Shown here: piece after piece, positions 15,572-24,411 of the stretch
Layout of the letters: each line of letters opens with the position of its first letter
How positions within the stretch are numbered: position 1 is the first letter of the stretch
From: a virus
Lineage: Duplodnaviria; Caudoviricetes
IMG/VR virus record: IMGVR_UViG_3300011335_000333
Coordinates: 1-32,812 of that record
Strand: one strand, 5' to 3'
Length of the DNA: 32,812 nucleotides
The notes under the pieces: model-generated
Told to the model about the DNA's origin: nothing
The model's database searches: none
The model's input: the letters and a program-made list of their open reading frames with translations, nothing else
Translations under genes and position numbers: made by a program

Positions 15572-17481
15572 AAGTGAATACACCTTGGTCAACTGTGGGT
15601 TATTTAACAATGAAAAGAACCTATGCCCGTAGGTTAAATGAAGCAGATCCCGCCAGCCCTACAGAAGAGTGGAAAGATGTAATCAAGCGTGTAGTCACAG
15701 CAGCCAATGAGCAACTAGGCTGTGGCTTTACTGAAGAAGAACAGGCTAGACTTACTAAGCACTTCCTTGAGCTTAAAGGAAGCGTTGCTGGACGTTTCCT
15801 GTGGCAATTGGGGACAGCTACAGTGGACAAGCTGGGACTATCCAGCCTACAAAACTGTGCCTTCACTGTAGTGGACAAGCCTGTCGAGCCCTTCACTTGG
15901 GCTATGGATCTGCTGATGCTGGGCAGCGGCGTAGGCTACAACATCCAGAAAGAAAATGTAGATAAGCTGCCTGTTGTCAATGCAGATTTCAAAGCACCTA
16001 CCCGCACAGACACTTCTGACGCTGCTTTCATTGTTCCCGATAGCCGCGAAGGCTGGGTTGCTTTGTTGGGCAAGACTCTGAAGGCTGCATTCCTTTCCCA
16101 CAAGAGCGGCAACCAAACCTTCACCTATTCCACCCAGCTTATCCGCAGCAAGGGAGCCCCCATCAAGGGCTTTGGAGGCACTGCCAGCGGCCCTGAGGAT
16201 CTGGTGTGGGGGATAGGCAAGATCAGTGAGGTATTGGCCCGTAGAGCAGGGAAGAAACTACGTCCCATTGACTGCCTTGACATCATGAATATCATTGGTG
16301 CTGTGGTGGTGGCTGGTAATGTACGCCGCTCTGCACAGATTGCCATTGGTGATGCTGACGATGTGGAGTTTCTGTTGGCTAAGCGCTGGGACATGGGCAA
16401 CATCCCATCATGGCGAGCTATGTCCAACAACTCTGTTGTCTGTAATGACCCCAGCGATCTGCATGAATTCTTCTGGGATGGATATGAAGGAAAGGGTGAG
16501 CCCTATGGCTTGATCAACCTCAAGCTTTCCCGCAAGGTGGGTCGCCTTGGTGACACCAACTACCCTGATCCTGAGGTGGCTGGATATAACCCCTGTGCTG
16601 AGCAAAGCTTGGCTGATAAGGAGACATGCTGCCTAGCAGAAATCTACCTACCTAACATTACTTCCTATGAGGAATTCCTAGATGTTGCCACTCTACTATA
16701 TCGTATTAACAAGCTTAGCCTTTCACTGCCTTGCCATTTGGAATCTACGCAAACCATTGTTAATAAAAATATGCGTATGGGTATTGGTGTCACTGGAGTT
16801 CTTCAAGCTACGGAAGAGCAGAAGGGGTGGCTGAGCCCTGCCTATGAGTATCTCCGTGCTATGGATAAGGAGTACAGCAAGTTCCACGGCTTTAACCCAT
16901 CCATTAAGCTGACCACTGTTAAGCCTTCTGGTACGTTGTCGCTGTTGCCCGGTGTCACCCCCGGAGCTCACCCTGCCTATGCTCGCCATATGATTAGACG
17001 TATCCGTATCAGCGCTAACCATTCGCTGGTACAGACCTGCCGTGATCATGGCTACCCTGTTGAGTATCAACAAAACTTTGATGGATCTATGGATCACAGC
17101 ACAGTGGTGGTGTCGTTCCCCTTCCAGCATCCAGAGCATGCTGTGTTGGCTAAGAACATGACTGCCCTTGACCAACTAGAAACTGTGAAGTGGTTGCAGA
17201 GTGTGTGGAGTGACAACAGTGTTAGTTGTACAATCTATTACAAGAAGGAAGAGCTTCCTGAGATTCGTAAATACTTAAAGAAGTATTACAAGAACAATCA
17301 TAAGAGCTTGTCCTTCCTGTTACACTCTGAGCATGGCTTTAAGCAAGCTCCGCTTGAAGAGATTACTGAAGAACAATACAATGAGATGGTGGCTAACACT
17401 CGCCTCATCACTGACGTTAGTTCTAACGTAGACTTTGAAGGTGACATGGAGTGCAGCACTGGAGCCTGTCCAATTAAATAA
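15532..17481 (+). CDS. nrdJ: Class II (adenosylcobalamin-dependent) ribonucleotide reductase
   Basis: KRTYAR, QNC, GNVRRSA, NPCAE, CCLAE, TTVKPSGT and C-terminal CSTGACPIK; no beta-subunit gene nearby. Confidence 0.95.
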   Translation: MDNTNKENSNKDVEVNTPWSTVGYLTMKRTYARRLNEADPASPTEEWKDVIKRVVTAANEQLGCGFTEEEQARLTKHFLELKGSVAGRFLWQLGTATVDKLGLSSLQNCAFTVVDKPVEPFTWAMDLLMLGSGVGYNIQKENVDKLPVVNADFKAPTRTDTSDAAFIVPDSREGWVALLGKTLKAAFLSHKSGNQTFTYSTQLIRSKGAPIKGFGGTASGPEDLVWGIGKISEVLARRAGKKLRPIDCLDIMNIIGAVVVAGNVRRSAQIAIGDADDVEFLLAKRWDMGNIPSWRAMSNNSVVCNDPSDLHEFFWDGYEGKGEPYGLINLKLSRKVGRLGDTNYPDPEVAGYNPCAEQSLADKETCCLAEIYLPNITSYEEFLDVATLLYRINKLSLSLPCHLESTQTIVNKNMRMGIGVTGVLQATEEQKGWLSPAYEYLRAMDKEYSKFHGFNPSIKLTTVKPSGTLSLLPGVTPGAHPAYARHMIRRIRISANHSLVQTCRDHGYPVEYQQNFDGSMDHSTVVVSFPFQHPEHAVLAKNMTALDQLETVKWLQSVWSDNSVSCTIYYKKEELPEIRKYLKKYYKNNHKSLSFLLHSEHGFKQAPLEEITEEQYNEMVANTRLITDVSSNVDFEGDMECSTGACPIK

Positions 17482-17483
17482 GG

Positions 17484-17966
17484 ATGCTTATGATCGAAGT
17501 AGTGATATCTCCCAAGATGCTAGTCTCAGCTAGGGACAAAGCAGCAGAAATGGGAAGACTACAGAACAGTATTACCAACGGGGCAGGTAATCTAGCTGGC
17601 TTTATCGGTGAACTAATTGCTCTTAAGGTGCTGGGTGGTAAGCAAGTTAACACATACGATTATGATATCATTACAAAAGATGGTCACAAAGTTGATGTGA
17701 AGACAAAGCGCACCAGCGTCAAGCCTTTACTTAGTTATGATTGTTCTATCGCAGCGTTGAACACCACACAAGACTGTGACTACTACGCCTTTGTTCGAGT
17801 CAAGAATGACTTTACAATAGGGTGGTATCTAGGTGTATATGGTAAAGAAGACTATATGCGAGATAGTGTGTTCATGGAGAAGGGTACTATAGATACCAGT
17901 AATGGTTTTGTAGTGAAGAGTGATTGTTACAATTTGCAGATATCCGAATTAAAGGAGAAGGTATGA
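17484..17966 (+). CDS. Putative PD-(D/E)xK-fold nuclease-like protein
   Basis: GE...YDYD...KVDVKTK pattern. Confidence 0.55.
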   Translation: MLMIEVVISPKMLVSARDKAAEMGRLQNSITNGAGNLAGFIGELIALKVLGGKQVNTYDYDIITKDGHKVDVKTKRTSVKPLLSYDCSIAALNTTQDCDYYAFVRVKNDFTIGWYLGVYGKEDYMRDSVFMEKGTIDTSNGFVVKSDCYNLQISELKEKV

Positions 17967-18202
17967 GCATTAATACTGGTGAAGACAAAGCTGAGCGCAG
18001 TGCTCCGTTGCGTATTCAATTCGATCAAGGGCGCTATGCCTTTAGTCGGGGTCTGTTATCTAACTACTACGATCCTGACTCCACTGCTGGTAAGGAATGG
18101 CAGCGAGGATTTGATCGGGGATACTTCGAGAACATCTACAGCATTAAGACAACAGGCAAACACTTAGGACGTACAGCATCTGTCCGTAGCTCAGTTGGAT
18201 AG
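17963..18202 (+). CDS. Hypothetical protein (EWQRGF motif); 3' end runs into the tRNA
   Basis: AAGGAG SD, ATGA coupling; stop TAG at 18200-18202. Confidence 0.65.
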   Translation: MSINTGEDKAERSAPLRIQFDQGRYAFSRGLLSNYYDPDSTAGKEWQRGFDRGYFENIYSIKTTGKHLGRTASVRSSVG

Positions 18203-18256
18203 AGCAACAGCCTTCTAAGCTGTGGGTCACAGGTTCAATTCCTGTCGGATAGACCA
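18180..18256 (+). tRNA. trnR: tRNA-Arg(UCU)
   Basis: Acceptor CTGTCCG/CGGATAG, D arm GCTC/GAGC, anticodon stem ACAGC/GCTGT with loop CT-TCT-AA, T arm ACAGG-TTCAATT-CCTGT, encoded CCA. Confidence 0.95.
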
Positions 18257-18259
18257 AAT

Positions 18260-18292
18260 AAAAAAGGGAGCAATTACGCTCCCTTTTCTTTT
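18260..18292. terminator. Bidirectional intrinsic terminator between the convergent arms
   Basis: AAAAAAGGGAGC-AATTAC-GCTCCCTTTTCTTTT. Confidence 0.9.
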
Positions 18293-18304
18293 ACCTAAAG
18301 AAGA

Positions 18305-18541
18305 TTACTCTTCTTCGTCTAGTGCATACCACTCGCCAGACTCTTCGTCATAGGCCCACCATGTGCCTTCTTCATCCTCAGCAAACATTCCTTCTTCTTC
18401 TTCTTCAGCAAGATACTCAGACCAACCATCAGCCTCTTGCTCTACGATGAAGCCTTGAATAGCAGCCAGCTTCTCAAAACTGTCGCTCTCCAACACAAAA
18501 GTCTCATCCCATCCATTAGAAATTTCCAACTTATATTGCAT
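18305..18541 (-). CDS. Very acidic small protein (78 aa)
   Basis: AGGAGGT SD; about 27 D/E versus 2 K and no R. Confidence 0.8.
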   Translation of the reverse strand: MQYKLEISNGWDETFVLESDSFEKLAAIQGFIVEQEADGWSEYLAEEEEEGMFAEDEEGTWWAYDEESGEWYALDEEE

Positions 18542-18582
18542 ATTACCTCCTATAAAAATAGCAATAAACTACACACACACAC

Positions 18583-21500
18583 TTACCATTTAAGATGCAT
18601 ACCACGCATATGTGTACGCACACCTAACCCACCTTTAGAGAACTTAGGAGTTAGTTCTCTAATATTATTTACATTCTTTATCTGCGGAAGAATCTCTCTT
18701 GCATCTGAAGCGTAGCTATCAACACTACGAATTGAGTCTAAGTTATCCATAAGCTTTTTAATATTATTAGCTTTTTCAGTATGGCCTAATTTTCGTAGAA
18801 GATCTTGTGTCTCTCCTAATAAATGTGGTGTGTATATAATATCACCAGTGCTGGGTACTCTAATAGCGCCAGATAGTTGCAAGACTTCATTATGATATCT
18901 CTGACCCAAACCAGTTTTTACAGAGGTGATTGATCCCTTCTCTAAGATATTATTTAAAAGATCTTTAACTTCTTTGTATGCTTTAAAAGCTATTGTATCT
19001 GGTGTGTAACCAGATAAAGTATTCTTCATCTCTTCTTTAGTTATTGCACCCGACTTATAAAAATTCAGTGCCTTGCCTGTTTTTTTCAAGACCTCAAAAG
19101 TTTCAAACAAGTTAGAAGCAATCTCACCTTGTTTTTCTTTTCTCTTTAAAAAGCCAACTGTATTACTACTTTCATCTTCTGCACCGGCTAATCTTTTAGC
19201 TGCTTCTTCTTTGGCAGATTTAATTTCAAGCGCCCCATTAGTTGCCTTACCCTCAGGACGTAGCTTATCTGTTTCAAGAATTACTTCTTCTGTCTCTTTA
19301 AAATAATGAGATCTTGGTAGTGATAGTGTACGAACAACTCTGTCTGAACCATTAATAGCTCTTGCAATTACATCTAGGTTTGCCTCGTCATACATTAGCG
19401 GAGACATGTTCACCTGTTTAAATACGAAATCAGCGTATGGAATTTCAGTATATATAAGTTGTTTAGGACTAGTACCACCAAACTCAGGTTTTTCAAAATT
19501 TAAATTAATATCTTTAGTGAAAGAGGTGCCACCAACACCAAGCTCACTATGTGGTGTGCCATGTGCTTGTGGGTCTTGAAAGCCAGTTTTGTATCTTGTG
19601 GTTACCCCTTTGCTTTCATTCTTGCCATGAAACAACTTCATCGGCGGCTCATCTTTGTATTCAATACGCAAAGCATCAAGCCTATCCTGTGCCTTCTTAG
19701 CCATCTCAGATACAGTGGCAATATCCTTAGGAGAAGATAGATCAATTTCTTTCTTATTAGCTAATCTAAAATCACCCTGCACTACAGCCATCACATCTTC
19801 TGCATCAGAAAGATTTTTAGATACTGGCAATTCTAGTAGCAAAGGAAAATCTTTAGAGCGTTGTTCTCTTATAGAAGAGAGCAGTGACTTTCTTCTAGAG
19901 ACATCAGTGGAAGTAACATTCTTTAGAGTGTCGTTAACATCCATCTTCTGTAAATTATTAGGGACAGTATATGGCTTAGCCTCTTCTAGTCCTAGCGCTT
20001 CGTCTGTTTTTGTTGTTACAGCTTTAGTCTTTCCACCTGTGTATTCTGGAGTCCAAGTATCGTCCCATGAATATGGCTTATTGATATCAAAATCAGGAAT
20101 GCTATCGTTTAATTCTTTAGCTTTTAAATACTTATCATATTGATCACCAACAACAGAGTTTTCAAACTCTTGGATAAGTTCTTTCTGTCTTTCTACTGGT
20201 ATGGTTAAAGGATGTACTTCCAAAGGAGGAAGGTTCAGCCCTTTAGATAGATTATATTCAAGCTTGCCAGCAAATTCTTCTGGTGCAGAATCAATCTTCT
20301 TAAGAACACTCTTAAACCCAAAGGCATTAACCTGCTGTGCAAGAGCCTCTTTAAATTGATCCTCTGTCATTGGAGGTAGAGAACTGGTTGCACTAGTAGG
20401 AGCAGACATAGCTTCCTCTGGCAATGTGAACCTACCTTCACCTTCTATGTCACCAAAGTATGGCTCTGTATCTGACACAACCTTAGATGTGGATCTAGGC
20501 ATCTCTGTAGGGATGGCCTCAGGCGGGGCAGGAACAGGCGTTGCTGGCTCTTCAGCAGCAGCCTTAGGGGTAGGCATAGCTTTCTTGCTGGGCATGTTGG
20601 CAGCGGAGGCATTAACAGCATCCTTCATCTGCGCTTTAATAGCTGGTGTAATTTCTCCAGCAGGAGCTACCATCTTGGCTGCTTTGTTCTTAGCCAACAC
20701 CTCCCCCATTTGTTCAAGAATACTTTTCCCCATTGCTTTAGAGGCTAAGGGAGCAGCAATGTCAGCAGCCAACTTAGAAGCTAAGCCACCACCAGCAAAT
20801 TTCTTTTCTTTGCTTATAGGGACAAGAGGATATTTCTTTACAATATCTGCCATCTCCATAGCTATGAAGAATCTGTTTGGGTCTGGGTCTTCGTCCAAAG
20901 CTACTTTACGTTGATCAGAATAAAGTTGTGCTGTTATTTTTTTAACTTCAGCAGGAAGCTTGCTAAATGCAATAGCATCTACACTAGATACTTCTTTTCT
21001 TTGTGCAGCATCAAGACGAACTAATTGTGTAGCTCTTTCTTTAACCTTCGCCTGTACTTCTTGAACCTGCTTTAATACCCACACTCGCTGTTGATTTCTA
21101 TCACTAGTTTCATATAGTGGAAAAGTTTTAATTACATCTGTTATATAAATAGGAAGAAGCTCAGCCATTAATTTCTTGGCGGGTACATCCACCTCAACAT
21201 TGCCTGTTGGTTTGTAAACCGTCATAGGTTTAATACCTATCCTCTTCAACTCTTTTTCAAGCTCGTTAGGTGGAGAAATAATTCTAAGGCCAGTGATGCC
21301 TTTTAGAACAGCAGTCTCATTAGAAGGTGTATTTATGTCTGTTGGAAATTGTGCTACAGGTAAGTCTTGTTTAGTAGGCAAACCCACAGCAGATAAAAAT
21401 CCCGGTACTTTGCTTTGAATTGAAGCCTTAAAAGAAGGAATAAAATCCTGATCTCTGAACGGGATATTGTGGATATCCCTAGGTAGTGATTCATTACTAT

Positions 21501-24411
21501 CAAATGCAGAATAAATGTCTGACAAAGTTCCAAAAGGAACTAAAGCTCTATTGAAAAAACTTCCAGTAAATTCACCTGCTATAGTTTTTACTCTTTCATA
21601 TGATGCATCTACAGGCTCTCCATCAAAGTAACTATCAACCGCAGCTATAGCCGCATCTATTACAGGATTGTTTAGGTTTAAGGTTTTAAGACCAGTGACA
21701 GCAGAGAATAATTCTTTATATCCAAACTCTTTATATCTTCCGTGCGTAACCTTATACCCAAAATCTGAAATAGCTAATGGGATATTTATAGGAAATATAT
21801 TGGTAATATCTTTTATGGAGTTGTCTTTATCCTTGTATTCATTCCAAGGAAGATCTTGGTTCTCTGCTCTGTAATCATAGGCAAGTTTCAGAGACAGTAA
21901 ACCTACCATGCTTTTACTTACTTTAGCAGATCCGTCTTTTAAAAATTTATAACCGGCATCGTCACCATTCTTCAACATCTTAACCCCGGTGCTCCAATCC
22001 AGCATACCGCTGGCAGCAAATGTTGGATTGTAATGCTGCCATGTCCAACGTGTTGCATTAGTTAAAAAACGAGCAAACGGAACAAACATGGTTGTAAATG
22101 GATCACCGGCTTCTACCGTATCAACAATACCTTTTCCAAGCTTTGATGTAGGATGAGCAGAAAAAGTAAATTCTAAGGCATCTTTAACACCTTCACGCAT
22201 TATGTCCACTGGTATCGGTTTATCCTGTGCTAAAAGATCAACAAGATTAAGGCCAGCTTTTCTTAAGTTTCTCTCTATTGACGCAGAATATTCAAGCCTT
22301 CTAAAGAAAGAATCTATAGCCACTGCTGGTGTATTTAAGGCTCTAACAACCCCGTACAAGTCTTTACCTGCTAGCTCTGTCCCACCTAAACCAAGTCTAT
22401 TTAGGTATACTGGATAGTCCTTTAGTGTTTCTTCAGCCACTTGACGGGCCATGTCTGGATCACCTAAATAATAAATAGACCCTATGGTGTCTTTGACAAC
22501 TCCCGCCATGCCATCCTTGATGCTCCCGGTGACGGGCTTACCACTTAGTTTTTCTGCCAGTGTTTTACCTGTTTTGAACAACACAGAATCAATAGCGTTC
22601 TCACCTGCTTTAAATGTCATTACAGCAGAAGCGCCTAAAGAGTTAATTACTTGAGTAGATACCTGCACTGTCATAGACGTTCTAATATTTCTACTTAGTC
22701 TTCTTACTTCCCCCAATACTGTACTAAAAACACTAACAACAGGGTTAGGTTCGTACATTCCTTTTATTATTGCAGCAGCCTCTGGGTCAACTTTAGCTGC
22801 TATATTCTTTAACCTTGCTATGACTGATAAGCTTTGAAGTTGTCTACCTGCATCACTCTTAGTTACCCCGTACATGGCACCAAATTCTTCTTCAGTGATC
22901 CCACCTTCGTCTAGTGCCTTATAAAAGGATGGGATATCTACTTCTCCTTTGATAAAAGAATTCTGAATAATATCATCAGGAATATTATCTAAATTGGCTA
23001 GAGTCCTCATCACAGCGCTGTACGTTAACTCATCCTTTTTAGGAGCAAGCTCTGGCATTGCTTTCCAAATATCTTGAGCAAGCCTGTCAGCGGTATTTGC
23101 TAGCTTTTGTTTTACCTGCATCTCAGCAACGCTAGACAATACCATCCCCTGTCTATCTAACAGATCTCTACCATCAAGAATATTAGTGGTGGCCTCTACA
23201 ACCTTATCTTTCTCTGGGTCACCTGTTAATACTTTTTCTTTTATAGTGGTTCCTTTTCTCTTCTGAACAATATCAGAAAGAGTATCTGTACCAACAATTT
23301 TGCCTAGCTTATTAGAAGCTTTGACAAGAAGAGCAGGTTCAAGAGTACCAAAGGTAGCTTGAATTAAAGCAGAAAGACCGACTTGTTTTAGGTCAATACC
23401 TGCATCTATTTCTTTTTGTGCATCTTCCAGCGTTGGAAGAACTAGCGATTTATCTTCTGGAGATAGCTTTTCGTATTCTTTTTTTGCTTCCTTTAGTTCA
23501 GCTTTCTTAACAGTAAGATCAATCTTCTGTTCTTGTACATTGGTAATAGCCCCTTGTGCTCCTTCTATTAAAGGAACAGAAGCTATGGCAGCACCGGCTC
23601 TAGATGCTATAGCTTTTTCTAGACCTACTTTAGCAACCTGTTTAACAAACATAGAGCTAGCAAGCTTGCCAGCACCTAGGGAAGCAAGTGTAAGCGGATC
23701 TGTTGCAGTTGCTTTAATAACATCAAATATAGGCTGTACACCCTTCTGGCCTTCAGCAGAAAAATATCCTGCCGTTTTATCAAAAAGCTTGTATGCTTTA
23801 CCAGCAAGAATAGCGTCTTCTGGTTTAGCATTCATTAAATAATCTAATTCAACACCAGCAGAAATAATGTTGTTTGGAATTGTTCTAAGATGGCTGGCAA
23901 TACGCTCTACATAGTCTTGATTGGACTCACCAGAATATTGTTTACCATAATCACCAAGACGATTATTTGCGTATGTAGAAAGGATGTTGAAGTTTTCTGG
24001 GTTGCTATACAGCTCCTTCGCAGGTATTCTTTTATTTCTTTCTACTTCTTCTTCGTATGCTTTTTTCAGAGCAGGGCTAGCCGCCTCAGTTATCTTTACT
24101 CTTTGAGGCTCTGGAGCCGCAGCAAGAAGCTTTGCAGCCTGTGTTACTGAAGGTTCTTGTTTTATTCCTCCCATTAAAGAATACTTAGTGGGTGGCGCTA
24201 CTTCAGTTGGCGTAGGTGCTGCTGCCGGTGTAGCAACAGGCTCAGGCTGTCTAGCATTCTCAGGAGCCTTCCAAGGAGTGACACCTCTTGAGGCTGCTGG
24301 TTTAGCTACAGGTAAATCATCATAACTTCCTACAGCAGGACGAGCCGAAGGTAAATCATCGTACCCACCTACAGCAGGACGAGCGTAAGGAAGATCATCG
24401 TATCCAGCCAT
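18583..24411 (-). CDS. Giant probable internal-virion/ejection protein (1942 aa) with a putative C-terminal ADP-ribosyltransferase-like domain
   Basis: Size and last position in the ejection-type cluster; N-terminal YDDLP repeats; Pro/Ala linkers; LFHG...GTSFT...ETEE motifs. Confidence 0.8.
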   Translation of the reverse strand: MAGYDDLPYARPAVGGYDDLPSARPAVGSYDDLPVAKPAASRGVTPWKAPENARQPEPVATPAAAPTPTEVAPPTKYSLMGGIKQEPSVTQAAKLLAAAPEPQRVKITEAASPALKKAYEEEVERNKRIPAKELYSNPENFNILSTYANNRLGDYGKQYSGESNQDYVERIASHLRTIPNNIISAGVELDYLMNAKPEDAILAGKAYKLFDKTAGYFSAEGQKGVQPIFDVIKATATDPLTLASLGAGKLASSMFVKQVAKVGLEKAIASRAGAAIASVPLIEGAQGAITNVQEQKIDLTVKKAELKEAKKEYEKLSPEDKSLVLPTLEDAQKEIDAGIDLKQVGLSALIQATFGTLEPALLVKASNKLGKIVGTDTLSDIVQKRKGTTIKEKVLTGDPEKDKVVEATTNILDGRDLLDRQGMVLSSVAEMQVKQKLANTADRLAQDIWKAMPELAPKKDELTYSAVMRTLANLDNIPDDIIQNSFIKGEVDIPSFYKALDEGGITEEEFGAMYGVTKSDAGRQLQSLSVIARLKNIAAKVDPEAAAIIKGMYEPNPVVSVFSTVLGEVRRLSRNIRTSMTVQVSTQVINSLGASAVMTFKAGENAIDSVLFKTGKTLAEKLSGKPVTGSIKDGMAGVVKDTIGSIYYLGDPDMARQVAEETLKDYPVYLNRLGLGGTELAGKDLYGVVRALNTPAVAIDSFFRRLEYSASIERNLRKAGLNLVDLLAQDKPIPVDIMREGVKDALEFTFSAHPTSKLGKGIVDTVEAGDPFTTMFVPFARFLTNATRWTWQHYNPTFAASGMLDWSTGVKMLKNGDDAGYKFLKDGSAKVSKSMVGLLSLKLAYDYRAENQDLPWNEYKDKDNSIKDITNIFPINIPLAISDFGYKVTHGRYKEFGYKELFSAVTGLKTLNLNNPVIDAAIAAVDSYFDGEPVDASYERVKTIAGEFTGSFFNRALVPFGTLSDIYSAFDSNESLPRDIHNIPFRDQDFIPSFKASIQSKVPGFLSAVGLPTKQDLPVAQFPTDINTPSNETAVLKGITGLRIISPPNELEKELKRIGIKPMTVYKPTGNVEVDVPAKKLMAELLPIYITDVIKTFPLYETSDRNQQRVWVLKQVQEVQAKVKERATQLVRLDAAQRKEVSSVDAIAFSKLPAEVKKITAQLYSDQRKVALDEDPDPNRFFIAMEMADIVKKYPLVPISKEKKFAGGGLASKLAADIAAPLASKAMGKSILEQMGEVLAKNKAAKMVAPAGEITPAIKAQMKDAVNASAANMPSKKAMPTPKAAAEEPATPVPAPPEAIPTEMPRSTSKVVSDTEPYFGDIEGEGRFTLPEEAMSAPTSATSSLPPMTEDQFKEALAQQVNAFGFKSVLKKIDSAPEEFAGKLEYNLSKGLNLPPLEVHPLTIPVERQKELIQEFENSVVGDQYDKYLKAKELNDSIPDFDINKPYSWDDTWTPEYTGGKTKAVTTKTDEALGLEEAKPYTVPNNLQKMDVNDTLKNVTSTDVSRRKSLLSSIREQRSKDFPLLLELPVSKNLSDAEDVMAVVQGDFRLANKKEIDLSSPKDIATVSEMAKKAQDRLDALRIEYKDEPPMKLFHGKNESKGVTTRYKTGFQDPQAHGTPHSELGVGGTSFTKDINLNFEKPEFGGTSPKQLIYTEIPYADFVFKQVNMSPLMYDEANLDVIARAINGSDRVVRTLSLPRSHYFKETEEVILETDKLRPEGKATNGALEIKSAKEEAAKRLAGAEDESSNTVGFLKRKEKQGEIASNLFETFEVLKKTGKALNFYKSGAITKEEMKNTLSGYTPDTIAFKAYKEVKDLLNNILEKGSITSVKTGLGQRYHNEVLQLSGAIRVPSTGDIIYTPHLLGETQDLLRKLGHTEKANNIKKLMDNLDSIRSVDSYASDAREILPQIKNVNNIRELTPKFSKGGLGVRTHMRGMHLKW
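24292..24408 (-). repeat. Three tandem 13-aa (39-bp) repeats, (A/G)(G/S)YDDLPxA(R/K)PA(V/A)
   Basis: AGYDDLPYARPAV / GGYDDLPSARPAV / GSYDDLPVAKPAA at the protein N-terminus. Confidence 0.9.

Noticed and set aside
1464-17175. Minus-strand ORFs in the left arm (e.g. 2967-3392, 5457-5855, 9813-10283, 16723-17175)
   Set aside because: Antisense shadows of well-supported + strand genes, with no motifs or SD support
7924-17481. Inteins in helicase, polymerase or RNR
   Set aside because: Protein lengths are normal and no intein splice-junction or LAGLIDADG motifs were seen
18571-18582. (AC)6 microsatellite as a phase-variation tract
   Set aside because: Short and intergenic, with no evidence of an effect on frame or promoter spacing
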